A stretch of 64,000 nt of DNA from Nemertoderma westbladi (taxonomy: Eukaryota > Animalia > Xenacoelomorpha): positions 10,439 to 74,438 of the forward strand of contig JAUCBJ010001213.1 in assembly GCA_032718475.1 (NCBI GenBank), written 5' to 3'. The notes beneath the pieces are model-generated. The model had not been told where the DNA came from. It saw only the letters and a list, made by a program, of their open reading frames with translations, and made no database searches. The position numbers were made by a program, and so were the translations under genes. Shown one piece after another: positions 35,209 through 49,449 of the stretch. Within the stretch, counting starts at the first letter, position 1. Each line of letters begins with the position of its first letter.

Positions 35209-38200
35209 AGAATAAAGTAGCCATGGAGAATAAAGTAGCCATGGAGAATAAAGTAGCCATGGAGAATAAAGTAACCATGGATAATAAAGTAGCGATGAGA
35301 AATAAGTATCCATGGAGAATCATGGAGAATAAATAAAGTAGCCATGGAGAATAAAGTAGCCATGGAGAATAAAGTAGCCATGGAGAATAATGTAGCCATA
35401 GTAGAATAAAGTAGCCATGGAGAATAAAGTAGCCATGGAGAATAAAGTAGCCATGGAGAATAAAGTAGCCATGGAGAATAAAGTAGCCATGGAGAATAAA
35501 GTAGCCATGGAGAATAAAGTAGCGATGGAGAAATAAGTATCCATGGAGAATCATGGAGAATAAATAAAGTAGCCATGGAGAATAAAGTAGCCATGGAGAA
35601 TAAAGTAGCCATGGAGAATAAAGTAACCATGGAGAATAATGTAGCCATAGTAGAATAAAGTAGCCATGGATAATAAAGTAGCCATGGAGAATAAAGTAGC
35701 CATGGAGAATAAAGTAGCCATGGAGAATAAAGTAGCGATGGAGAAATAAGTATCCATGGAGAATCATGGAGAATAAATAAAGTAGCCATGGAGAATAAAG
35801 TTGCCATGGAGAATAAAGTAGCCATGGAGAATAAAGTAGCCATGGAGAATAAAGTAACCATGGAGAATAAAGTAGCGATGGAGAATAAAGTAGCCATGGA
35901 GAATAAAGTAGCGATGGAGAATAAAGTAGCCATGGAGAATAAAGTAGTCATGGAGAATAAAGTAGCCATGGAGAATAAAGTAGTCATGGAGAATAAAGTA
36001 GCGATGGAGAATAAAGTAGCCATGGAGAATAAAGTAGCCATGGAGAATAAATAAAGTAGCCATGGAGAATAAAGTAGCCATGGAGAATAAAGTAGTCATG
36101 GAGAATAAAGTAGCGATGGAGAAATAAGTATCCATGGAGAATAAATAAAGTAGCCATGGAGAATAAAGTAGCGATGGAGAAATAAGTATCCATGGAGAAT
36201 AAAGTAGCCATGGAGAATAAAGTAGCCATGGAGAATAAAGTAGCCATGGAGAATAAAGTAGCCATGGAGAATAAAGTAGCCATGGAGAATAAATAAAGTA
36301 GCCATGGAGAATAAAGTAGCCATGGAGAATAAAGTAGTCATGGAGAATAAAGTAGCGATGGAGAAATAAGTATCCATGGAGAATAAATAAAGTAGCCATG
36401 GAGAATAAAGTAGCGATGGAGAAATAAGTATCCATGGAGAATAAATAAAGTAGCCATGGAGAATAATGTAGCCATAGTAGAATAAAGTAGCCATGGAGAA
36501 TAAAGTAGCCATGGAGAATAAAGTAGCCATGGAGAATAAAGTAGCCATGGAGAATAAAGTAGCCATGGAGAATAAAGTAGCCATGGAGAATAAAGTAGCC
36601 ATGGAGAATAAAGTAGCGATGGAGAAATAAGTATCCATGGAGAATCATGGAGAATAAATAAAGTAGCCATGGAGAATAAAGTAGCCATGGAGAATAATGT
36701 AGCCATAGTAGAATAAAGTAGCCATGGAGAATAAAGTAGCCATGGAGAATAATGTAGCCATAGTAGAATAAAGTAGCCATGGAGAATAAAGTAGCCATGG
36801 AGAATAAAGTAGCCATGGAGAATAAAGTAGCGATGGAGAAATAAGTATCCATGGAGAATCATGGAGAATAAATAAAGTAGCCATGGAGAATAAAGTAGCC
36901 ATGGAGAATAAAGTAGCCATGGAGAATAAAGTAGCCATGGAGAATAAAGTAACCATGGAGAATAAAGTAGCGATGGAGAATAAAGTAGCCATGGAGAATA
37001 AAGTAGCGATGGAGAAATAAGTATCCATGGAGAATCATGGAGAATAAATAAAGTAGCCATGGAGAATAAAGTAGCCATGGAGAATAAAGTAGTCATGGAG
37101 AATAAAGTAGCGATGGAGAAATAAGTATCCATGGAGAATAAATAAAGTAGCCATGGAGAATAAAGTAGCGATGGAGAAATAAGTATCCATGGAGAATAAA
37201 TAAAGTAGCCATGGAGAATAAAGTAGCCATGGAGAATAAAGTAGCCATGGAGAATAAATAAAGTAGCCATGGAGAATAAAGTAGCCATGGAGAATAAAGT
37301 ATCCATGGAGAATCATGGAGAATAAATAAAGTAGCCATGGAGAATAAAGTAGCCATGGAGAATAAAGTAGCCATGGAGAATAAAGTAGCCATGGAGAATA
37401 AAGTAGCGATGGAGAAATAAGTATCCATGGAGAATCATGGAGAATAAATAAAGTAGCCATGGAGAATAAAGTAGCCATGGAGAATAAAGTAGTCATGGAG
37501 AATAAAGTAGCCATGGAGAATAAAGTAGCCATGGAGAATAAAGTAGCGATGGAGAATAAAGTAGCCATGGAGAATAAAGTAGCCATGGAGAATAAAGTAG
37601 CCATGGAGAATAAAGTAGCCATGGAGAATAAAGTAGCGATGGAGAATAAAGTAGCCATGGAGAATAAAGTAGCCATGGAGAATAAAGTAGCCATGGAGAA
37701 TAAAGTAGCCATGGAGAATAAAGTAGCCATGGAGAATAAAGTAGCCATGGAGAATAAAGGAGCCATGGAGAATAAAGTAGCCATGGAGAATAAAGTAGCG
37801 ATGGAGAATAAAGTAGCCATGGAGAATAAAGTAGCCATGGAGAATAAAGTAGCCATGGAGAATAAAGTAGCCATGGAGAATAAAGTAGCCATGGAGAATA
37901 AAGTAGCCATGGAGAATAAAGTAGCCATGGAGAATAAAGTAGCCATGGAGAATAAAGTAGCCATGGAGAATAAAGTAGCCATGGAGAATAAAGTAGCGAT
38001 GGAGAATAAAGTAGCCATGGAGAATAAAGTAGCCATGGAGAATAAAGTAACCATGGTAGAATAAAGTAGCCATGGAGAATAAAGTAGCCATGGAGAATAA
38101 AGTAGCCATGGAGAATAAAGTAGCCACGGAGAATAAAGTAGCCATGGAGAATAAAGTAGCCATGGAGAATAAAGTAGCGATGGAGAATAAAGTAGCCCTG

Positions 38201-41200
38201 GGGAATAAAGTAGCCATGGAGAATAAAGTAGCCATGGAGAATAAAGTAGCGATGGAGAATAAAGTAGCGATGGAGAATAAAGTAGTCATGGAGAATAAAG
38301 TAGTCATGGAGAATAAAGTAGCGATGGAGAAATAAGTATCCATGGAGAATCATGGAGAATAAATAAAGTAGCCATGGAGAATAAAGTTGCCATGGAGAAT
38401 AAAGTAGCCATGGAGAAATAAGTATCCATGGAGAATCATGGAGAATAAATAAAGTAGCCATGGAGAATAAAGTAGCCATGGAGAATAAAGTAGTCATGGA
38501 GAATAAAGTAACCATGGAGAATAAAGTAGCCATGGAGAATAAAGTAGCCATGGAGAATAAAGTAGCCATGGAGAATAAAGTAGCCATGGAGAATAAAGTA
38601 GCCATGGAGAATAAAGTAGCCATGGAGAATAAAGTAGTCATGGAGAATAAAGTAGCCATGGAGAATAAAGTAGCGATGGAGAATAAAGTAGCGATGGAGA
38701 ATAAAGTAGTCATGGAGAATAAAGTAGCCATGGAGAATAAAGTAACCATGGAGAATAAAGTAGCCATGGAGAATAAAGTAGCCATGGAGAATAAAGTAGC
38801 CATGGAGAATAAAGTAGCCATGGAGAATAAAGTAGCCACGGAGAATAAAGTAGCGATGGAGAATAAAGTAGCCATGGAGAATAAAGTAGCGATGGAGAAA
38901 TAAGTATCCATGGAGAATCATGGAGAATAAATAAAGTAGCCATGGAGAATAAAGTAGCCATGGAGAATAAAGTAGTCATGGAGAATAAAGTAACCATGGT
39001 AGAATAAAGTAGCCATGGAGAATAAAGTAGCCATGGAGAATAAAGTAGCCATGGAGAATAAAGTTGCCATGGAGAATAAAGTAGCCATGGAGAATAAAGT
39101 AGCCATGGAGAATAAAGTAGCCATGGAGAATAAAGTAGCCATGGAGAATAAAGTAGCGATGGAGAATAAAGTAGCGATGGAGAATAAAGTAGTCATGGAG
39201 AATAAAGTAGCCATGGAGAATAAAGTAACCATGGAGAATAAAGTAGCCATGGAGAATAAAGTAGCCATGGAGAATAAAGTAGCCATGGAGAATAAAGTAG
39301 CCATGGAGAATAAAGTAGTCATGGAGAATAAAGTAGCGATGGAGAAATAAGTATCCATGGAGAATCATGGAGAATAAATAAAGTAGCCATGGAGAATAAA
39401 GTAGCCATGGAGAATAAAGTAGCCATGGAGAATAAAGTAGTCATGGAGAATAAAGTAGCGATGGAGAAATAAGTATCCATGGAGAATCATGGAGAATAAA
39501 TAAAGTAGCCATGGAGAATAAAGTAGCCATGGAGAATAAAGTAGCCATGGAGAATAAAGTAGCGATGGAGAAATACGTATCCATGGAGAATCATGGAGAA
39601 TAAATAAAGTAGCCATGGAGAATAAAGTAGCCATGGAGAATAAAGTAGCCATGGAGAATAAAGTAGCCATGGAGAATAAAGTAGTCATGGAGAATAAAGG
39701 AGCCATGGAGAATAAAGTAGCCATGGAGAATAAAGTAACCATGGTAGAATAAAGTAGCCATGGAGAATAAAGTAGCCATGGAGAATAAAGTAGCCATGGA
39801 GAATAAAGTAGCCATGGTAGAATAAAGTAGCCATGGAGAATAAAGTAGCCATGGAGAATAAAGTAGCCATGGAGAATAAAGTAGCCACGGAGAATAAAGT
39901 AGCCATGGAGAATAAAGTAGCCATGGAGAATAAAGTAGCGATGGAGAATAAAGTAGCCCTGGGGAATAAAGTAGCCATGGAGAATAAAGTAGCCATGGAG
40001 AATAAAGTAGCGATGGAGAATAAAGTAGCGATGGAGAATAAAGTAGTCATGGAGAATAAAGTAGCGATGGAGAAATAAGTATCCATGGAGAATCATGGAG
40101 AATAAATAAAGTAGCCATGGAGAATAAAGTTGCCATGGAGAATAAAGTAGCCATGGAGAATAAAGTAGCCATGGAGAATAAAGTAGTCATGGAGAATAAA
40201 GTAGCCATGGAGAATAAAGTAGCCATGGAGAATAAAGTAGCCATGGAGAATAAAGTAGCCATGGAGAATAAAGTAGCCATGGAGAATAAAGTAGCCATGG
40301 AGAATAAAGTAGCCATGGAGAATAAAGTAGCCATGGAGAATAAAGTAGCCATGGAGAAATAAGTATCCATGGAGAATAAAGTAGCCATGGAGAATAAAGT
40401 AGCGATGGAGAATAAAGTAGCCATGGAGAATAAAGTAACCATGGTAGAATAAAGTAGCCATGGAGAATAAAGTAGCCATGGAGAATAAAGTAGCCATGGA
40501 GAATAAAGTAGCCATGGATAATAAAGTAGCCATGGAGAATAAAGTAGCCATGGAGAATAAAGTAGCCATGGAGAATAAAGTAGTCATGGAGAATAAAGTA
40601 GCGATGGAGAAATAAGTATCCATGGAGAATCATGGAGAATAAATAAAGTAGCCATGGAGAATAAAGTAGCCATGGAGAATAAAGTAGCCATGGAGAATAA
40701 AGTAGCCATGGAGAATAAAGTAGCCATGGAGAATAAAGTAGCCATGGAGAATAAAGTAGCCATGGAGAATAAAGTAGTCATGGAGAATAAAGTAGCCATG
40801 GAGAATAAAGTAGCCATGGAGAATAAAGTAGCCATGGAGAATAAAGTAGTCATGGAGAATAAAGTAGCCATGGAGAATAAAGTAGCCATGGAGAATAAAG
40901 TAGCCATGGAGAATAAAGTAGCCATGGAGAATAAAGTAGCCATGGAGAATAAAGTAGTCATGGAGAATAAAGTAGCCATGGAGAATAAAGTAGCCATGGA
41001 GAATAAAGTAGTCATGGAGAATAAAGTAGCGATGGAGAATAAAGTAGCCATGGAGAATAAAGTAGCCATGGAGAATAAAGTAGCCATGGAGAATAAAGTA
41101 GTCATGGAGAATAAAGTAGCCATGGAGAATAAAGTAGCCATGGAGAATAAAGTAGTCATGGAGAATAAAGTAGCGATGGAGAAATAAGTATCCATGGAGA

Positions 41201-44200
41201 ATCATGGAGAATAAATAAAGTAGCCATGGAGAATAAAGTAGCCATGGAGAATAAAGTAGCCATGGAGAATAAAGTAGTCATGGAGAATAAAGTAGCCATG
41301 GAGAATAAAGTAGCCATGGAGAATAAAGTAGCCATGGAGAATAAAGTAGCCATGGAGAATAAAGTAGCCATGGAGAATAAAGTAGTCATGGAGAATAAAG
41401 TAGCCATGGAGAATAAAGTAGCCATGGAGAATAAAGTAGTCATGGAGAATAAAGTAGCGATGGAGAAATAAGTATCCATGGAGAATCATGGAGAATAAAT
41501 AAAGTAGCCATGGAGAATAAAGTAGCCATGGAGAATAAAGTAGCCATGGAGAATAAAGTAGCCATGGAGAATAAAGTAGCCATGGAGAATAAAGTAGCCA
41601 TGGAGAATAAAGTAGCCATGGAGAATAAAGTAGTCATGGAGAATAAAGTAGCCATGGAGAATAAAGGAGCCATGGAGAATAAAGTAGCCATGGAGAATAA
41701 AGTAGCGATGGAGAATAAAGTAGCCATGGAGAATAAAGTAGCCATGGAGAATAAAGTAGCCACGGAGAATAAAGTAGCCATGGAGAATAAAGTAGCCATG
41801 GAGAATAAAGTAGCGATGGAGAATAAAGTAGCCCTGGGGAATAAAGTAGCCATGGAGAATAAAGTAGCCATGGAGAATAAAGTAGCGATGGAGAAATAAG
41901 TATCCATGGAGAATCATGGAGAATAAATAAAGTAGCCATGGAGAATAAAGTAGCCATGGAGAATAAAGTAGCCATGGAGAAATAAGTATCCATGGAGAAT
42001 AAAGTAGTCATGGAGAATAAAGTAGCGATGGAGAATAAAGTAGCCATGGAGAATAAAGTAGTCATGGAGAATAAAGTAGCCATGGAGAATAAAGTAGCGA
42101 TGGAGAAATAAGTATCCATGGAGAATCATGGAGAATAAATAAAGTAGCCATGGAGAATAAAGTAGCCATGGAGAATAAAGTAGCCATGGAGAAATAAGTA
42201 TCCATGGAGAATAAAGTAGCCATGGAGAATAAAGTAGCGATGGAGAATAAAGTAGCCCTGGGGAATAAAGTAGCCATGGAGAATAAAGTAGCCATGGAGA
42301 ATAAAGTAGCGATGGAGAAATAAGTATCCATGGAGAATCATGGAGAATAAATAAAGTAGCCATGGAGAATAAAGTAGCCATGGAGAATAAAGTAGCCATG
42401 GAGAAATAAGTATCCATGGAGAATAAAGTAGTCATGGAGAATAAAGTAGCGATGGAGAATAAAGTAGCCATGGAGAATAAAGTAGTCATGGAGAATAAAG
42501 TAGCCATGGAGAATAAAGTAGCGATGGAGAAATAAGTATCCATGGAGAATCATGGAGAATAAATAAAGTAGCCATGGAGAATAAAGTAGCCATGGAGAAT
42601 AAAGTAGCCATGGAGAAATAAGTATCCATGGAGAATAAAGTAGTCATGGAGAATAAAGTAGCCATGGAGAATAAAGTAGCCATGGAGAATAAAGTAGCGA
42701 TGGAGAATAAAGTAGCCATGGAGAATAAAGTAGTCATGGAGAATAAAGTAGCGATGGAGAAATAAGTATCCATGGAGAATCATGGAGAATAAATAAAGTA
42801 GCCATGGAGAATAAAGTAGCCATGGAGAATAAAGTAACCATGGAGAATAAAGTAGTCATGGAGAATAAAGTAGCGATGGAGAAATAAGTATCCATGGAGA
42901 ATCATGGAGAATAAATAAAGTAGCCATGGAGAATAAAGTAGCCATGGAGAATAAAGTAGCGATGGAGAATAAAGTAGCCCTGGGGAATAAAGTAGCCATG
43001 GAGAATAAAGTAGCCATGGAGAATAAAGTAGCGATGGAGAAATAAGTATCCATGGAGAATCATGGAGAATAAATAAAGTAGCCATGGAGAATAAAGTAGC
43101 CATGGAGAATAAAGTAGCGATGGAGAATAAAGTAGCCCTGGGGAATAAAGTAGCCATGGAGAATAAAGTAGCCATGGAGAATAAAGTAGCGATGGAGAAA
43201 TAAGTATCCATGGAGAATCATGGAGAATAAATAAAGTAGCCATGGAGAATAAAGTAGCCATGGAGAATAAAGTAGCCATGGAGAAATAAGTATCCATGGA
43301 GAATAAAGTAGTCATGGAGAATAAAGTAGCGATGGAGAATAAAGTAGCCATGGAGAATAAAGTAGTCATGGAGAATAAAGTAGCCATGGAGAATAAAGTA
43401 GCGATGGAGAAATAAGTATCCATGGAGAATCATGGAGAATAAATAAAGTAGCCATGGAGAATAAAGTAGCCATGGAGAATAAAGTAGCCATGGAGAAATA
43501 AGTATCCATGGAGAATAAAGTAGTCATGGAGAATAAAGTAGCGATGGAGAAATAAGTATCCATGGAGAATAAAGTAGTCATGGAGAATAAAGTAGCCATG
43601 GAGAATAAAGTAGTCATGGAGAAATAAGTATCCATGGAGAATAAAGTAGTCATGGAGAATAAAGTAGCGATGGAGAATAAAGTAGCCATGGAGAATAAAG
43701 TAACCATGGTAGAATAAAGTAGCCATGGAGAATAAAGTAGCCATGGAGAATAAAGTAGCGATGGAGAATAAAGTAGCCATGGAGAATAAAGTAGTCATGG
43801 AGAATAAAGTAGCGATGGAGAAATAAGTATCCATGGAGAATCATGGAGAATAAATAAAGTAGCCATGGAGAATAAAGTAGCCATGGAGAATAAAGTAACC
43901 ATGGAGAATAAAGTAGTCATGGAGAATAAAGTAGCGATGGAGAAATAAGTATCCATGGAGAATCATGGAGAATAAATAAAGTAGCCATGGAGAATAAAGT
44001 AGCCATGGAGAATAAAGTAACCATGGTAGAATAAAGTAGCCATGGAGAATAAAGTAGCCATGGAGAATAAAGTAGCGATGGAGAATAAAGTAGCCATGGA
44101 GAATAAAGTAGTCATGGAGAATAAAGTAGCGATGGAGAAATAAGTATCCATGGAGAATCATGGAGAATAAATAAAGTAGCCATGGAGAATAAAGTAGCCA

Positions 44201-47200
44201 TGGAGAATAAAGTAACCATGGAGAATAAAGTAGTCATGGAGAATAAAGTAGCGATGGAGAAATAAGTATCCATGGAGAATCATGGAGAATAAATAAAGTA
44301 GCCATGGAGAATAAAGTAGCCATGGAGAATAAAGTAGCCATGGAGAAATAAGTATCCATGGAGAATAAAGTAGTCATGGAGAATAAAGTAGCGATGGAGA
44401 ATAAAGTAGCCATGGAGAATAAAGTAGTCATGGAGAATAAAGTAGCGATGGAGAAATAAGTATCCATGGAGAATCATGGAGAATAAATAAAGTAGCCATG
44501 GAGAATAAAGTAGCCATGGAGAATAAAGTAGTCATGGAGAATAAAGTAGCGATGGAGAATAAAGTAGCCATGGAGAATAAAGTAGCCATGGAGAATAAAG
44601 TAGCCATGGAGAATAAAGTAGTCATGGAGAATAAAGTAGCGATGGAGAAATAAGTATCCATGGAGAATCATGGAGAATAAATAAAGTAGCCATGGAGAAT
44701 AAAGTAGCCATGGAGAATAAAGTAACCATGGAGAATAAAGTAGCGATGGAGAAATAAGTATCCATGGAGAATCATGGAGAATAAATAAAGTAGCCATGGA
44801 GAATAAAGTAGCCATGGAGAATAAAGTAGTCATGGAGAATAAAGTAGCGATGGAGAAATAAGTATCCATGGAGAATCATGGAGAATAAATAAAGTAGCCA
44901 TGGAGAATAAAGTAGCCATGGAGAATAAAGTAGCCATGGAGAATAAAGTAACGATGGAGAATAAAGTAACCATGGAGAATAAAGTAGCCATGGAGAATAA
45001 AGTAGCCATGGAGAATAAAGTAACGATGGAGAATAAAGTAGCCATGGAGAATAAAGTAGCCATGGAGAATAAAGTAGCCATGGAGAATAAAGTAACGATG
45101 GAGAATAAAGTAACCATGGAGAATAAAGTAGCCATGGAGAATAAAGTAGCCATGGAGAATCATGGAGAATAAATAAAGTAGCCATGGAGAATAAAGTAGC
45201 CATGGAGAATAAAGTAGCCATGGTAGAATAAAGTAGCCATGGAGAATAAAGTAGCCATGGAGAATAAAGTAGCCATGGAGAATAAAGTAGCCATGGAGAA
45301 TAAAGTAACGATGGAGAATAAAGTAACCATGGAGAATAAAGTAGCCATGGAGAATAAAGTAGCCATGGAGAATCATGGAGAATAAATAAAGTAGCCATGG
45401 AGAATAAAGTAGCCATGGAGAATAAAGTAGCCATGGAGAATAAAGTAGCCATGGAGAATAAAGTAGTCATGGAGAATAAAGTAGCGATGGAGAAATAAGT
45501 ATCCATGGAGAATCATGGAGAATAAATAAAGTAGCCATGGAGAATAAAGTAGCCATGGAGAATAAAGTAGTCATGGAGAATAAAGTAGCGATGGAGAAAT
45601 AAGTATCCATGGAGAATCATGGAGAATAAATAAAGTAGCCATGGAGAATAAAGTAGCCATGGAGAATAAAGTAGCCATGGAGAATAAAGTAACGATGGAG
45701 AATAAAGTAACCATGGAGAATAAAGTAGCCATGGAGAATAAAGTAGCCATGGAGAATAAAGTAACGATGGAGAATAAAGTAGCCATGGAGAATAAAGTAG
45801 CCATGGAGAATAAAGTAGCCATGGAGAATAAAGTAACGATGGAGAATAAAGTAACCATGGAGAATAAAGTAGCCATGGAGAATAAAGTAGCCATGGAGAA
45901 TCATGGAGAATAAATAAAGTAGCCATGGAGAATAAAGTAGCCATGGAGAATAAAGTAGCCATGGTAGAATAAAGTAGCCATGGAGAATAAAGTAGCCATG
46001 GAGAATAAAGTAGCCATGGAGAATAAAGTAGCCATGGAGAATAAAGTAGCCATGGAGAATAAAGTAGCCATGGAGAATAAAGTAGCCATGGAGAATAAAG
46101 TAGCCATGGAGAATAAAGTAGCCATGGAGAATAAAGTAGCCATGGAGAATAAAGTAGCCATGGTAGAATAAAGTAGCCATGGAGAATAAAGTAGCCATGG
46201 AGAATAAAGTAGCCATGGAGAATAAAGTAGCCATGGAGAATAAAGTAGCCATGGAGAATAAAGTAGCCATGGAGAATAAAGTAGCCATGGAGAATAAAGT
46301 AGCCATGGAGAATAAAGTAGCCATGGAGAATAAAGTAGCCATGGAGAATAAAGTAGTCATGGAGAATAAAGTAGCGATGGAGAAATAAGTATCCATGGAG
46401 AATCATGGAGAATAAATAAAGTAGCCATGGAGAATAAAGTAGCCATGGAGAATAAAGTAGTCATGGAGAATAAAGTAGCGATGGAGAAATAAGTATCCAT
46501 GGAGAATCATGGAGAATAAATAAAGTAGCCATGGAGAATAAAGTAGCCATGGAGAATAAAGTAACCATGGTAGAATAAAGTAGCCATGGAGAATAAAGTA
46601 GCCATGGAGAATAAAGTAGTCATGGAGAATAAAGTAGCCATGGAGAATAAATAAAGTAGCCATGGAGAATAAAGTAGCCATGGAGAATAAATAAAGTAGC
46701 CATGGAGAATAAAGTAGCCATGGAGAATAAAGTAGCGATGGAGAAATAAGTATCCATGGAGAATCATGGAGAATAAATAAAGTAGCCATGGAGAATAAAG
46801 TAGCCATGGAGAATAAAGTAGTCATGGAGAATAAAGTAGCGATGGAGAATAAAGTAGCCATGGAGAATAAAGTAGCCATGGAGAATAAAGTAGCCATGGA
46901 GAATAAAGTAGCCATGGAGAATAAAGTAGCCATGGAGAATAAAGTAGCCATGGAGAATAAAGTAGCCATGGAGAATAAAGTAGCCATGGAGAATAAAGTA
47001 GCCATGGAGAATAAAGTAGCCATGGAGAATAAAGTAGCCATGGAGAATAAAGTAGTCATGGAGAATAAAGTAGCCATGGAGAATAAAGTAGCCATGGAGA
47101 ATAAAGTAGCGATGGAGAATAAAGTAGCCATGGAGAATAAAGTAGCGATGGAGAATAAAGTAGCCATGGAGAATAAAGTAGTCATGGAGAATAAAGTAGC

Positions 47201-49082
47201 CATGGAGAATAAAGTAGCCCCGGAGAATAAAGTATCCATGGAGAATAAAGTAGCCATGGAGAATAAAGTAGCCATGGAGAATAAAGTAGCCATGGAGAAT
47301 AAAGTAGCCATGGAGAATAAAGTAGCCATGGAGAATAAAGTAGCCATGGAGAATAAAGTAGCCATGGAGAATAAAGTAGCCATGGAGAATAAAGTAGCCA
47401 TGGAGAATAAAGTAGCCATGGAGAATAAAGTAGCCATGGAGAATAAAGTAGCCATGGAGAATAAAGTAGCCATGGAGAATAAAGTAGCCATGGAGAATAA
47501 ATAAAGTAGCCATGGAGAATAAAGTAGCCATGGAGAATAAAGTAGCGATGGAGAAATAAGTATCCATGGAGAATCATGGAGAATAAATAAAGTAGCCATG
47601 GAGAATAAAGTAGCCATGGAGAAATAAGTATCCATGGAGAATCATGGAGAATAAATAAAGTAGCCATGGAGAATAAAGTAGCCATGGAGAATAAAGTAGC
47701 CATGGAGAATAAAGTAGCGATGGAGAAATAAGTATCCATGGAGAATCATGGAGAATAAATAAAGTAGCCATGGAGAATAAAGTAGCCATGGAGAATAAAG
47801 TAGTCATGGAGAATAAAGGAGCCATGGAGAATAAAGTAGCCATGGAGAATAAAGTAACCATGGTAGAATAAAGTAGCCATGGAGAATAAAGTAGCCATGG
47901 AGAATAAAGTAGCCATGGAGAATAAAGTAGCCATGGTAGAATAAAGTAGCCATGGAGAATAAAGTAGCCATGGAGAATAAAGTAGCCATGGAGAATAAAG
48001 TAGCCACGGAGAATAAAGTAGCCATGGAGAATAAAGTAGCCATGGAGAATAAAGTAGCGATGGAGAATAAAGTAGCCCTGGGGAATAAAGTAGCCATGGA
48101 GAATAAAGTAGCCATGGAGAATAAAGGAGCCATGGAGAATAAAGTAGCCATGGAGAATAAAGTAACCATGGTAGAATAAAGTAGCCATGGAGAATAAAGT
48201 AGCCATGGAGAATAAAGTAGCCATGAAGAATAAAGTAGCGATGGAGAATAAAGTAGCCATGGAGAATAAAGTAGCCATGGAGAATAAAGTAGCCATGGAG
48301 AATAAAGTAGCCCCGGAGAATAAAGTATCCATGGAGAATAAAGTAGACATGGAGAATAAAGTAGCCATGGAGAATAAAGTAGCGATGGAGAATAAAGTAG
48401 CGATGGAGAATAAAGTAACCATGGTAGAATAAAGTAGCCATGGAGAATAAAGTAGCGATGGAGAATAAAGTAGCCATGGAGAATAAAGTAGCCATGGAGA
48501 ATAAAGCAGCCATGGAGAATAAAGTAGCCCCGGAGAATAAAGTATCCATGGAGAATAAAGTAGACATGGAGAATAAAGTAGCCATGGAGAATAAAGTAGC
48601 GATGGAGAATAAAGTAGCGATGGAGAATAAAGTAACCATGGTAGAATAAAGTAGCCATGGAGAATAAAGTAGCATGGAGAATAAAGTAGCCATGGAGAAT
48701 AAAGTAGCCATGGAGAATAAAGTTGCGATGGAGAATAAAGTAGCCCCGGAGAATAAAGTATCCATGGAGAATAAAGTAGACATGGAGAATAAAGTAGCCA
48801 TGGAGAATAAAGTAGCGATGGAGAATAAAGTAGCCATGGAGAATAAAGTAGCCATGGAGAATAAAGTAACCATGGTAGAATAAAGTAGCCATGGAGAATA
48901 AAGTAACCATGGAGAATAAAGTAGCCATGGAGAATAAAGTAGCCATAGAGAATAAAGTAGCCATGGAGAATAAAGTAACCATGGTAGAATAAAGTAGCCA
49001 TGGAGAATAAAGTAGCCATGGAGAATAAAGTAGCCATGGAGAATAAAGTAGCCATGGAGAATAAAGTAGCGATGGAGAATAA
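35209..49082. repeat. 18-bp minisatellite (CCATGGAGAATAAAGTAG), about 13.9 kb, with a recurring punctuation block (GCGATGGAGAAATAAGTATCCATGGAGAATCATGGAGAATAAATAAAG)
   Basis: Direct reading; occupies almost the whole cortactin intron 49115-35204. Confidence 0.97.
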
Positions 49083-49115
49083 GTTTTGAATTTAATTTAA
49101 ATTTAAATCATTTAC

Positions 49116-49364
49116 CTCATCTTCGGGTTCCAAAGGTGTAGGTTGGGATGGTACAGGCAGGTTGCTAGGGGCAACTGGTGCGGCAGCACGGCCGCTCGAG
49201 GGCTCGGCATCCCCATCGCGGTCGCTAGGGGCAACGGGAGCGGGTTCACTGTTGCTAGGGGTGACCATCGCGAGTAGTTGTGGTGGTTTAGCTAGACTAC
49301 TGGCCGTTCGCTGCCTACTGTCACCTGATTCGCTATCATTCTTCGACTCAGACTCTTGTCGTTT
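49116..49364 (-). CDS. CTTN: Cortactin exon: proline/serine-rich region
   Basis: Acceptor TTGTCTGCAG. 83 codons KRQESESKND...APVAPS...PVPSQPTPLEPEDE, then donor GAG|GTAAAT. Phase 0-0, in the expected position between the helical region and SH3. Confidence 0.82.
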
Positions 49365-49449
49365 CTGCAGACAATTTATTGTCAACAAAAACCATTAATG
49401 GGGGGCGAGCCATGCAGTAAGAGTAAGGGAACTCTTATGTACGCGGAAA

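Noticed and set aside
35181-49055. Dozens of MENKVA / MATLFS / ILHGYF ORFs
   Set aside because: Translations of the 18-bp intronic satellite.
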